Part shown: one piece after another, positions 35,035 to 47,059 of the stretch
Layout of the letters: each line of letters begins with the position of its first letter
How positions within the stretch are numbered: the stretch's first letter is position 1
From: Torpedo marmorata
Taxonomy: Eukaryota
Assembly: GCA_977017645.1 (NCBI GenBank)
Contig: OZ360223.1
Location: 107,384,001 to 107,448,000 of the forward strand
Length of the DNA stretch: 64,000 bases
Direction: 5' to 3'
The notes under the pieces: generated by a model
The model's database searches: none
Told to the model about the DNA's origin: nothing
What the model saw: only the letters and a program-made list of their open reading frames with translations
Made by a program: the position numbers and the translations under genes

Positions 35035-36625
35035 GCACCCACCACTACCCCTTCCCTGCCCCCTCCCTCTAGCCACCACCCCTTCATTACCCCATCCCTC
35101 CAGCCACTACCCCTGCCCTGCCCCATCTAACCCGCCACTACCCCTTCCTTGCTCCATCCCACCTGCCACTATCCCTCACCTGCCAATACCCCTTCCCTGC
35201 CCCATCCCTCCCGCTACTACGCCTTCCCCATCCCTCCCGCTACTACGCCTTCCCCATCCCTCCCGCCACTACTCCTTCCCCGTCCCTCCCGCCACTACGC
35301 CTTCCTAGTCCCTCCCGCCACTACCCCTTCCCCGTCCCACCTGCCACTACCCCTGCCCCATCCCACCCGCCACAACCCCTTCCCCGTCCCACCCGCCACT
35401 ACCCCTGCCCCATCCCACCCGCCACTACCCCTTCCCCGTCCCACCTGCCACTACCCCTGCCCCATCCCTCCAGACACTACGCCTTCCCCATCCCTCCCGC
35501 TACTACGCCTTCCCCATCCATCCCGCCACTACGCCTTCCCCATCCATCCCGCCACTACGCCTTCCCCGTCCCTCCCGCCACTACCCCTTCCCCGTCCCAC
35601 CCGCCACTACCCCTGCCCCATCCCACCCGCCACTACCCCTGCCCCATCCCACCCGCCACTACCCCTTCCCCGTCCCACCCGCCACTACTCCTTCCCTTCC
35701 CCGTCCCACCCGCCACTACCCCTTCCCCATCACACTGCCACTTCCCCATCGCACCCGCCACTACCCCTTCCCCATCCCATCCGCCACTACCACTTCCCTG
35801 CCCCATCCCACCCGCCACTGCCCCTTCCCCGTCCCACCCACCACTGCCCCTGCCCCGACCCACCCGCCACTACCCCTGCCCCGTCCCACCCGCCACTACC
35901 CCTGCCCCATCCCACCCGCCACTACCCCTTCCCCGTCCCACCCGCCACTACCCCTGCCCCATCCCTCCAGACACTACGCCTTCCCCATCCCTCCCGCTAC
36001 TACGCCTTCCCCATCCATCCCGCCACTACGCCTTCCCCATCCATCCCGCCACTACGCCTTCCCCGTCCCTCCCGCCACTACCCCTTCCCCGTCCCACCCG
36101 CCACTACCCCTGCCCCATCCCACCCAACACTACCCCTGCCCCATCCCACCCGCCACTACTCCTTCCCTTCCCCGTCCCACCCGCCACTACCCCTTCCCCA
36201 TCACACCGCCACTTCCCCATCGCACCCGCCACTACCCCTTCCCCATCCCATCCGCCACTACCACTTCCCTGCCCCATCCCACCCGCCACTGCCCCTTCCC
36301 CGTCCCACCCACCACTGCCCCTGCCCCGACCCACCCGCCACTACCCCTGCCCCGTCCCACCCGCCACTACCCCTGCCCCGTCCCACCCGCCACTATCCCT
36401 TCCCCGTCCCACCCGCCACTACCCCTTCCCCGTCCCACCCGCCACTACCCCTTCCCCGTCCCACCCGCCACTACCCCTTTCCTGCCCCATCCCACCCGCC
36501 ACTACCCTGTCCCACCCGCCACTACCCCTTCCCCGTCCCACCCGCCAGTATCCCTTCCCCGCCCCATCCCACTTGCCAGTATCCCTTCCCTGCCCAATCG
36601 CACCTGCCACCACACCTTCCCACCC
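35035..36625. repeat. 26-bp C-rich minisatellite with a 471-bp higher-order duplication
   Basis: Unit CCGCCACTACCCCTTCCCCGTCCCAC; blocks at 35633-35863 and 36104-36334 are near identical (offset 471). Confidence 0.9.
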
Positions 36626-37266
36626 ACCACTACACCTTCGCCTCTCCATCAGCCCCTTCCCCTCCTGTCTCTTCATCCACACACCCACCCAATTCCCTCC
36701 TTCCTTCCCCAGTCACCCTCACCCCAAATCCTCTCCCATATGCCCCACCACCAATGTCTCTTTACCCCACACACCCTTGCCCGCCTACATCCCTGAACCA
36801 TTGCCCTTCTTCCATCACTGTCGCTTCTCCTCCTGCTTCTCCTTCCCAAATCCTCTCCCTTCACAATCTCCCCCCACACTCTCACAACCCTCCCCACTGC
36901 TTCTCTTTTGCCCATACACCTTCATCCTACTCCCCTGCTACTGTCCCATTCCCTATCACTTTCCAGTTACCCCTCACCAATCCTTTCCTCCAAATGCCTC
37001 TCTCTGCTTCCCACCCTCATACTGCCAAAGCTGCTCCCCCTCTGTTGTGCCATTGCCCCACTGCACCAACGGTTCTTCCCTTGCTCCCCTCACACCCCAG
37101 TGCTGCCCCTTCCCCCTCACTGTGCCCCACATCCCCCCCTACTCCTGCAAGTTCAATCTTGCCCCATTTTGTCAAGATTCTTTACTCCACTCTGCCCCTT
37201 ATAAGTTATGTCACTGTTGTGCTGTGTAGTCAAAACACATCTGTTTACCAATATGTCCTCTTGCAG

Positions 37267-37436
37267 TGAAGTGCAAAAAGCAGTCAATACTTCCCAAGCA
37301 CTGTACCAACGATGGACCGAACTCCTGACTGACCCCTCTTCAGCCAGCAAGGAAGAGTGTGACTGGACAACCAATGAGCTGAGGAACAGTCTTCGTAGTA
37401 TTGAGTGGGACCTGGAGGACCTTGATGAGACTATTA
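37267..37436 (+). CDS. STX6: Syntaxin-6 exon 2 (Habc domain)
   Basis: ttgcag|T GAA GTG; [20 protein letters not shown]...[14 protein letters not shown]; 170 nt; followed by U12 donor ATATCCTTT. Confidence 0.96.
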
Positions 37437-37714
37437 ATATCCTTTAACTGCAGGTGCAGTGCCTTGATATTCCCTTTAAAGTAATTTCTGTCACTGTTCT
37501 AATGGTACTGACTTGTTGACATTGCATCAGCTAATGAGTGGTAAGAGTTTTCAAGGTTTATGTCAAACCCACGTGTCCAGTTTGTCCGGTATGCCCTAAG
37601 AGTTCCTTTTGTCTATAGAGCTGTTACCTGCCAAAACCTCTTCAAAGGCTATTGGTGTAACCTTGTGCTGAATTGCAAATTACTCAGTTTCTGTAACATA
37701 TTATTTGTAATGCA

Positions 37715-38005
37715 CTTTAGTCATGGAGTTATACAGAATAGAAATGACACTTCAGCCCAACGTCCCTGCTGACCAAGCTAGTTCCATTTGTCTGCATCCT
37801 TCCAACCTTAAAGGTCCAAATACCAGTCTAAATGTCTTTTAAACACTTATTGTTCCCAACTCATTACTTCCACTGGCAGCTCGTTCCACATATCCTCTGC
37901 CCTCTGTGAAAAATTTGCCCCTTAGCTTCCTTTTAAGTCTTTCTCCTCTTAATTTAAATCTATGCCCTCGAGTTTTGGACTCCGTTACCCTGGGGGAAAA
38001 ACTTT
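37715..38005 (-). mobile_element. CR1 3' fragment
   Basis: Degraded reverse-complement CR1 3' UTR (GGCAGCTCGTTCCA..., CCCCTTAG...). Confidence 0.55.
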
Positions 38006-38520
38006 AGTTAATCGCAGAAATCTATGGGTTTTTGATCTCCATTCATTTGGGGGAAATAAAAGTCATTTAGGTGACTCCCTATTCCTAGTTTTTAAGCCTG
38101 AAGGTTACACTACATCATGTTCTCCTGCAAATACATTTTAAACATGCTAATGGTTTCTGCAGCACACTCACTATCTTCTATTGAGTTGCTAGCTGCCCCA
38201 TGTCTCTTCATAAATTTTACAGTACTCCACCTATCTGGTACCTGTTTGTTACTTCTGGTCCCCAGCACTCTGGCTGTTAAAACATTATTTTTTTTATCTG
38301 CATATTTCTGTTTGTGTTTGTGAAGTACACTGGTCTCTTCGTCAGTCCAAATGGACGGGAGCCCCCCCCACCTTTCCAACTCTCAACATTATTCCCGAAC
38401 CAGAGGCAGTTGTTAGAACCATAGAACGCTACAGCACAGAAAACAGGCCATTCGGCCCTTCTAGTCTGTGCTGACCATTATTACGCTAGTCCCATTGACC
38501 TGCTCCCATTCCATAACTTA

Positions 38521-38780
38521 GGGCAGCACGGTTGGCGTAGCAGTTAGCGTAACCTTTACAGCGCCAGCGATTGGGACTGTACCTGGGTTCGAATCCCGCG
38601 CTGTCTAAGAAGTTTGTACGTTCTCCCCGTGTCTGCGTGGGTTTTCTCCGGGGGCTCCGGTTTCCTCCCACCTTTCAAAATGTACCAGGGGTGTAGGTTA
38701 ATGGGGTGTAAATTGGGCGGCACGAACTTGTAGGGCTGAAATGGCCTGTTACAGTGCTGTATGTCTAAATTAAATTAAAA
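38521..38780 (+). mobile_element. V-SINE (HE1-like)
   Basis: Head GGGCAGCACGGTTGGCGTAGCAG, B-box GGTTCGAATCC, V-domain, tail TGTCTAAATTAAATTAAAA. Confidence 0.88.
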
Positions 38781-39581
38781 ATGAACTCTCCAGACCTCTC
38801 CCATCCATGTATCTATCCAATTTATTCTTAAAACTTAAGATCAAGCCCGCGTTCACCATATCAGATGGCAGCTCATTCCACACTCCCACCACTCTCTGAG
38901 TGAAGAACTTTCCCTTAATGTTCCCCCTAAACCTTTCCCCTTTCAGCTTAAAACTATGACCTCTCGTATTTATCTCCCCCAATCTAAGTGGAAAAAGCCT
39001 ACTTGCATCCACTCTGTCTATACCTTTCATAATCTTGTAAACCTCTATCAAATCTCCCCTCATTTTTCTTCGTTCCAAGGAATAAAGTCCTAACTTGTTT
39101 AATCTTTCCCTGTAACTCAACTCCTGAAGACCCGGCAACATCCTAGTAAATCTTCTCTGCACTCTTTCAATCTTATTGATATCCTTCCTGTAGTTAGGCG
39201 ACCAGAACTGCACACAATATTCCAAATTTGGCCTCACCAATGTCTTAAACAACTTCAACATAACATGCCAACTCCTATACTCAATACTTTGATTTATAGA
39301 GGCCAAGATGCCAAAAGCTTTCTTTACAACCCTGTCCACCTGCGACGCCTCCTTCAGGGAACAATGTATCTGTATTCCCAGATCCCTTTCTTCCTCCGCA
39401 CTCCTCAGTGCCCTACCATTTACTGTGTACTACCTTGGTTTGCCCTTCCAAAATGCATCACCTCACACTTGTCTGCATTAAACTCCATCTGCTGTTTTTT
39501 GGCCCATTCTCCCAGTTGGTCCAGATCCCTCTGCAAGCTTTGAAAATCTTCCTCGCTGTCCACAACGCCTCCTATCTTTGT

Positions 39582-39963
39582 AAAAAAATGCTGGAGAAAC
39601 TCAGCAGGTCAAACTGTCTTTTATGTAGCAAAGCTAGAAATACATAACCGACGTTTCGGGCTTGAGTCCTTCGCTCCTCCCCCTCTTTGCTGCTGTCCCC
39701 TCCCTCCTTTCTCCACCTATCATCTCCTGCCTTTGCCACCACCCCCTTCCCCCCTCACTCTTTTGTTCAGACACCTGTCCTTCCTGTTTTTTTCCACCCA
39801 CCCAGCCATCCCTCCTCCCCCTCTTTGCTGCTGTCCCCTCCCTCCTTTCTCCACCTATCATCTCCTGCCTTTGCCACCCCCCCTTCCCCCTCACTCTTTT
39901 GTTCGACCTCCAGCATTTGTGTTTTTTACTTCAACCACGGTGCCTACATATTTTCGTGTTTTT
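39582..39963. mobile_element. Penelope-like terminal fragment insertion
   Basis: 16-bp TSD CGCCTCCTATCTTTGT (39566-39581, 39964-39979); shares TGCTGGAGAAACTCAGCAGG..GACGTTTCGGG with the element at 60714-62057; internal duplication of about 90 bp. Confidence 0.75.
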
Positions 39964-42506
39964 CGCCTCCTATCTTTGTGTCATCAGCAAACTTGCTGAT
40001 CCAATTTACCACATTATCATCCAGATCATTGATATAGACAACAAACAACAATGATCCCAACACAGATCCCTGAGGCAAACCACTAATCACAGGCCTCCAG
40101 TCTGAGAAACAACCATCCACTACCACTCTCTGTTTTCTCCCACACAGCCAATTTCGAATCCAGTTTACAACCTCTCCATGGATACCTAGTGTCTTAACCT
40201 TCTGAACTAACCTCCCATGTGGGACCTTGTCAAAGGCTTTACTAAAGTCCATGTAGACAACATCCACAGCCTTTCCTTCATCTACCTTCTTGGTAACCTC
40301 CTCGAAAAACTCCACAAGATTCGTTAAACACGACCTACCACGCACAAAGCCATGCTGACTGTCCTTAATCAGCCCATGGCTGTCCAAATACCTATATATC
40401 CTATCTCTCAGAACTCCTTCCAATAATTTACCTACTACTGACGTCATGCTCACCGGCCTATAATAACCTAGTTTATTTTTGGAGCCTTTTTTAAACAACG
40501 GAATAACGAGCTACCCTCCAATCCTCTGGCACCTCACCCGTGGCTAAGGACATTTTGAATATATCAGCCAGGGCCCCTGCAATTTCTACACTAGTCTCCC
40601 TCAAGGTCCGAGGGAATATCACATCCAGCCCGGGGGATTTATCTACCTTTATTCGCTGTAAGGCAGCAAGCACCTCCTCCTCCTTAATCTCTATATGTTC
40701 CATGACACTTCTGTTTGTTTCCCTTCCTTCCTTATGCACTATGTCAGTTTCCTGAGTAAATACAGGTGCAAAAAAACTGTTTAACATCTCCCCCATTACG
40801 TGAAGCTCCACACATAGTTGACCTCTCTGATCCTCTTGGGGACCATTTTTGTCCCTTACTATCCTTTAACTCTTAATATACTTGTAGAAACCCTTCGGGT
40901 TTACCTTCACATTATCTGCCAAAGCAACCTCATGTCTTCTTTTTGCCTTCCTGATTTCCTTCTTGAGTATTTTCTTACATTTTCTGTACTCTTCAAGTAC
41001 CTCATTAGCTCCTTGTTGCCTATACTTGCTATACACCTCCCTCTTCTTAACCAGATCGCCAATATCCCTTGAAAACAAGGGTTCCCTATGCCTGTTAACT
41101 TTGCCTTTAATCCTAACAGGAACATGCAAACTCTGCACTCTCAAAATTTCGCCTTTGAAGGCCATCCACTTACTTAACACACCCTTGCCAGAAGACAACA
41201 TATCTCAATCCACTCTTTCTAGATCCTTTCTCATTTCCACAAAATTTGCCTTCCTCCAATTTAGAATCCCAACATGAGGACCAGACTTATCCTTTTCCAT
41301 AATTAACTTGAAGCTAATGACATTTTGGTCACTGGACCCAAAATGTTCACCTACACATACATCTGTCACCTGTCCTGTCTTGTTCCCTAATAGGAAATCA
41401 AGTACTGCATCCTCTCTCGTTGGTACCTCTATATATTGATTTAGAAAACTTTCCTGAACACATTTCACAAACTCCAAGCCATCCAGCCCTTTTACAGTAT
41501 GGGAGTCCCAGTCAATATGTGGAAAGTTAAAACCTCCTACTATCACAACTTTCTGCTTCTTACATCGGTCTGCTATCTCTCTACAGATTTGCTCCTCCAA
41601 TTCTCTCTGACTATTGGGCGGTCTATAATACAACCCTATCAGTGTGGTCACACCTTTACCGTTCCTCAACTCCACCCATATGGCCTCTTGTAGGCAAACC
41701 CTCCTGGCTGTCCTGACTTTGCACAGCTGAGATATTTTCCATGACTAGCAATGCCACTCTTCCCCCTTTCATCCCTCCCCCTCTATCACGTCTGAAGCAA
41801 TGGAACCCCAGAACATTAAGATACCAGTCCTGCCCCTCCCTCCTGCAACCAAGTCTCATTAATAGCAATAATGTCGTAATCCCACGTGTCAATCCATGCC
41901 CTAAGAACATCAGCCTTTCCAACAATACTCCTTGCATTAAAATAAATACACCTGAGAAAATTTCTATCACGTACAAACCTTTGATTTCTGTCTATACATG
42001 CAGTCCTCGCATGACCTTTATCCTCCTCCTTCTCACTAACTGCTCTAACATTCTGGTTCCCCTCCCCCTGAAAATCTAGTTTAAACCCATCGGGACAAGA
42101 CTAACAAACCTACCCGCAAGGATATTAATCCCCTTCCAGTTCAGATGCAATCCGTCCTGTCGGTACAGATCCCACCTTCCCTGGAACAGAGCCCAGTGAT
42201 CTAGAAACCTGAAGCCCTCCCTACTACACCATGTCCCCAGCCACATGTTAAGCTGCCTTATCCTCCTATTTCTAACCTCTCTAGCACGTGGCATGGGAAG
42301 CAATCCTGAGATCACTACCCTGGAGGTCCTCTTCTTCAACCTAGCGCCTAACTCCATGAACTCTCCTTGCAGGACCTCCTCACCCTTCCTATCTATGTCA
42401 TTGGTCCCTACATGGACCACGACATCTGGCTGATCACCCTCCCACCTAAGAATATCGTGAACTCTATCTGAGATATCCCGTACCCTGGCACCAGGGAGGC
42501 AACATA

Positions 42507-43067
42507 CAGTGAAACCCTGTTATAACGCGATCGTTTGGGTCCATAAAATGGCATCACAAAAAAAGTGGGGTCGCGCTAAATCGGGGTTACACATGTACAG
42601 CGAGAACATCATCAGCAGCATGGAACCGGGCGCTTTTGGCAACTTGTTCAACCTGCCTCACCTCCATTTCGGCCGAATCCCTGTCCTACCTACATAACCT
42701 GGCCACACTCCGGCTGCGTTACCTGGGCATCAGCTCCCTGCAGGAGCAGAACGTTCGGCAGCTGTACAAGCTGAGGGAGCTGGCCACGCGCTGGCCATGC
42801 TGGAAGAGAGTGCACTGCCGCCGGTGCGCAGCCTGGCCGTGCTGCGCCTGGACAACAACCCGCTGCGCCTGCGCTGGCTGCTGCAGACCAGCCCAGCTCT
42901 CTGCTTCGACAGCGGCCGCCAGTGTGCGCGTCTCCGGCTGACCTGCGGGGCAGTCGGCTGCCGGAGTTCCGTGGCGCCGCACTCCACCACTCGCTGGCCT
43001 GCCACAAGCCCCGGATCCGGGAGCAGTCGCGTTATATCCCAATTCGCGTTAAATCGGGGTTTCACTG
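42507..43067. mobile_element. Tigger/pogo-like MITE carrying a captured gene fragment
   Basis: Imperfect 23-bp TIR CAGTGAAACCCTGTTATAACGCG versus CAGTGAAACCCCGATTTAACGCG; TA TSD at 42505-42506 and 43068-43069; CR1 ORF1 rejoins (ESRMV|CCLPG) when the element is removed. Confidence 0.9.
42599..43024 (+). pseudogene. Fragmented LINGO-family (LINGO3-like) leucine-rich-repeat coding sequence
   Basis: Across frames: SENIISSMEPGAFGNLFNL; LTSISAESLSYLHNLATLRLRYLGISSLQEQNVRQLYKLREL; LEESALPPVRSLAVLRLDNNPL; CASPADLRG...LACHKPRIRE. The order matches LINGO LRR to LRRCT. Confidence 0.78.
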
Positions 43068-43734
43068 TACCATCCGGGATTCACAATCTCCTCCACAGAA
43101 CCTCTCATCTGTCTTCCTAACTATGGAATCCCCTATCACTACAGCTCGCCTCTTTTTCCCCCTTCCCTTCTTAGCCACAGCACCAGACTCCGTGCCAGAG
43201 ACCTGATTGCCATGGCTTGTACCCGGTAGGTCATCCCCCTCAACAGTATTTGTGTTGTCCAAGGTCAGTTTTGGACCAGAACCCCGTTTGAAGAGCGAGG
43301 TCAGGAACACACCAATCTGTGTGGATTAAAAGCCTTTTACTGGACTCTTCACCAATCCTACCATATACATTAAATCTATAATTATGAAGCCCTCTACAAA
43401 GGGAAAGAGGTCCTTTCTATTCAGCCTGCCTGGGGTCCTATATATTTACATAGCTCAAGTGCAAATATTGTTGCATGGCAGTTTTGTTACTGGACTGGCA
43501 GCCTGGGCGCTGAACCAGTGATTCAGAGACCTGAGTACGAATCTCAATAAAACAGGTGAGATTTTCTTAAAAGCTTATAACAAAAATCACAAAATGACAG
43601 GTTTGTTGTGTAAAATATATATGGTTCATCCTTACCCAGGATGGCTTGGACATGACTCCAGACACACCAATGTTGTTGACTCTTTATAACAGTTCAGAGG
43701 CAAACAGGGATGCACGACTGTAGTGCCAGCCACA

Positions 43735-46700
43735 CAGAACATCACAGCACAGAAACAGGTCCTCCAGCCCATCTAGTCCATGCTCAACTATTTATTCCAC
43801 CTAGTCCCATTGATCTGCAGGAACCATACCCCTCCTGTCTATGTACCTATCTAATCTTCTCTTAAATGTTGAAATCAAACCATCATCTACCACTTCTGCT
43901 GGAAGCTCATTCCACACTCTCTCACTTCCCTCTGAGTGAAGACGTTTCCCTTAATGTTCCAATAAACATTTCACCTTTCACTCTTAACCCATGTCCTCTG
44001 GTTCTTGCCTCATCCAACCTCAGTGGAAAAAGCCTGTTTGAATTAACCAAATCTATACCCCTCATAATTTTGTGTACTTCTATCAAATCTGCCCTCATTC
44101 TCTGACGCTTCAGGGAATAAAGTCCTAACCTATTTAACCTTTGCTATAAAAGCTCCTCAAGTCCCAGGAACATCCTTATAAATTTACGCTGTACTCTTTC
44201 AATTTTATTGATATTTTTCGTGTAGGTAGGTGTCCAAAACTGCACACAATACACCAAATATGGTCTCACCACTGTCTTATATAACTTCACCTTAACATCC
44301 CAACTCCTGTACTCAATACTGATTTATGAAGGCCAATGTACCACAAGCTTTCTTTATGACCCTATCCACTCGTGACGCCACTTTCAAGGAATTATGTATT
44401 TATTCCCAGATCCCTCTTCTGCCGCACTCGGCAGTGCCCCACCGTTTACCATGCTACGCTGGTTTGTCCTCCCAATGTGCAACACCTCACACTTGTCCAC
44501 ATTAAATTCCATCTGCCAGTTTACAGCCCATTTTTCCAGCTGGTACAGATCCCTCTGCAAGCTTTGAGAGCCTTCCTCGCTGTCCACAATGCCTCCAATT
44601 TTAGTGTCTTCTGCAATTTGTTGATCCAGTTTACCACATTATCATCCAGATCCTTGATATAGATGACAAACAACAATGGATCCAGCAACAATCCCTGAGG
44701 CACAGCACTAGTCACAGGCTTCCAGTTGGAGAGGCAATCATCTACTACCACTCTCTGGCTTCTCCAACAAAGCCAATGTTTAATCCAGGTCACTACCTCA
44801 TCCTGAATGCCAAGTTACAACTTTCTTGACCAACGTCCCATGTGGGACCTTGTCTATGTAGGCAACATCCACTGCCTTTCCTTCATCAACTTTCCTGGTA
44901 ACCTCGAAAAAAATCTATAAGATCAGTTAGACATGACCTACCACGCACAAAGCCATGTTGACTATCCCTAATCAGTCCCTTTCTATCCAAGTACTTGTAC
45001 AGTACATCTGGTCTCTCAGGATACCTTCCAACAACTGACCCACCACTGACATCAGGCTCACTGGCCTATAATTTTGCAAATTATTCTTAGAGCCTTTATT
45101 AAACAACAGAAGAACATTAGCTATCTTCCAATTCTCTGGCACCTCACCTGTTGCTAAGAACGTTTTAAATACCTCTGCTCGGGCCCCTACAATTTCTGCA
45201 CAAGCCTCCCTCAAGGTCCAGGGGATGTCTGGGGATTTATCCACCCTTATTTGCCTCAAGACAACAAGCACTTCATGCTCTGTAATCTGTATAGGGTCCT
45301 TTGCTCTTTTGCATCAGATTTCAGATTTATTGTCAGAGTACATACATAATATCACATACAACCTGAGATTATTTTTCCTGCGGGCAAGGGAGAGTTACCA
45401 CTTATTGGTAGTGCAAAAACTGTACTCAACGTACACATATAAACAAATAAAGAAATGTAAACAAACTGCAAGACAGAGATAAAAAATATCAATAAAGTGC
45501 AAAAGAAAGAGTCCTTAAATAAGTCCCTGATTGAGTTTGTTGTTGAGGAGTCTGATGGTGGGGGGGTAGCAGCTGTTCCTAAACCTGGTGGTGCGAATCT
45601 CATGGCACCTATACCTCTTTCCTGATGGTAGCAGCGAGATCAGACCATGTGCTGGGTGATGTGGATCCTTGATGATTGCTGCTGCTCTCCGATGGCAGCG
45701 TTCCACGTAGATGTTCTCGATGGTGGGGAGGGTTGTAATGTTCTCAGCTGTGTCCACGACCCTTTGCAGGGCTTCATGCTCAGGGGCATTAGGGGTATCA
45801 TACCAGACCATGATGCAGCCGGTCAGCACACTTTCCACCACACATCTGTAGAAATTTGCCGGGGTTTTTGATGTCATACCAAATCTCTGAAAACTCCTGA
45901 GAAAGTTGAGGTGCTGACATTCTTTCTTCACAATGCATTAGTGTGTTTGGTCCAGGAAAGATCCTCCGAGATAGTGACGCCCAAGAACTTAAATTTTCTC
46001 ACCTCTCCAACTATGATCCCCCAATGATCACTGGATCATACACCTCTAGTTTTCCCTTCCTGAAGTCAACAATCAGCTCCTTGGTTTTGGTGACATTGAG
46101 TGTGAGGTTGTTGGTGCACCATTCAGCCAAGTTTTCAATCTCCCTCCTGTATGCTGACTCATCGCCACTTTTTATACAGCCCACTACCGTGGTATCGTCA
46201 GCAAATTTGTCGATGGTGTTGTTTTCGTACCGAGCCACACAGTCATGGGTGTATAACGCGTAGAGCAGTGGGCTAAGAACACTGTACTGTGGTCCTCCGG
46301 TATTGATGGAGATTGTGGAGGAGATGTTCTTACCAGTCTTCACTGACTGTGGTCTGGAGATGAGGAAACCCAGGATCCAATTACATACTGGGGTGTTGAG
46401 TCCCAGGTCTATGAGTTTGCTGATCAATTTTGAGGTTATGATGGTGTTGACTGCCGGACTGTAGTCGATAAAGTGCATCCTGATTTATGCATCTTTGCTG
46501 TCCAGATGTTCCAAGGATTTGTGTAGAGCCAGTGAGATGGCATCCGCCGTAGACCTGTTGCTACAGTAGGCGAATTGGAACGGATCCATGTCGCTGCTCA
46601 GACAGGAGCTGATATGCTTCAACACCAGCATTTTCAAAACATTTCATCACTGCTGATGTGAGTGCCACTGGTCGATAATTATTTAGGCAGGTTACCACAC

Positions 46701-46960
46701 TCTTCTTGGGCACCAGTATGATTGACACCTCACTGCTATAGACTCTGTGTCTGCCTCCCAAGTAAATACAGATGCAAAAAAAACATTTAAGGTCTCCCCC
46801 ATCTCTTTGACTTCATACATAGATGACCACTGATCTTCAAGAGGACCAATTTTGTCCCTTGCTATTCTTTTGCTCTTGTATCTGTCGAATCCCTTGGGAT
46901 TTTCCTTCACCTTGTCTGCCAGAACAACTTCATGCCTTCTTTAACCCTCCTGATTTCCAT
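43735..46960 (-). mobile_element. Degraded CR1 split by a Rex1 insertion
   Basis: CR1 ORF2 pieces 44384..44587, 44521..44793, 44972..45271 and 46692..46910. Confidence 0.82.
45315..46722 (-). mobile_element. 5'-truncated Rex1-type LINE
   Basis: [28 protein letters not shown]; (AAATCTG)n tail at 45315-45330. Confidence 0.87.
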
Positions 46961-47059
46961 CTGAATCCAATTAAGAAAATATCGCCTCTCTTTCTTTCCC
47001 CAAACTAAAGTGAACTCAACCACTTTTACCATAAATCAATTTCTCCAGCATTGGTAAGA

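Larger units (their letters stand above)
38415..43262 (-). mobile_element. Near full-length degraded CR1 (ORF1 SGNH esterase plus ORF2 EN-RT) with nested SINE, Penelope piece and MITE
   Basis: AVVIGDSIVR (43062..43310), VHVGTND..DGLHLN (42076..42420), YRPPN..GGFNFP (41205..41675), RT (39944..40498, 38770..39339). Confidence 0.9.

Noticed and set aside
35149-37269. 706-aa Pro/His-rich ORF and overlapping ORFs
   Set aside because: Stop-poor by-product of the C-rich minisatellite in STX6 intron 1; non-ATG start and no domain.
37437-37460. GT donor at 37454 (CAG|GTGCAG) for exon 2
   Set aside because: It would include an in-frame TAA (37445-37447). The U12 donor at 37437 gives the correct frame.
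38521-38600. tRNA genes here and at 10174, 57382 and similar sites
   Set aside because: The A/B-box heads run directly into the V-SINE body, with no complete cloverleaf.
42599-43024. Functional nested LINGO gene
   Set aside because: Multiple deletions and frameshifts; no signal peptide, Ig or TM region; enclosed by TIRs.
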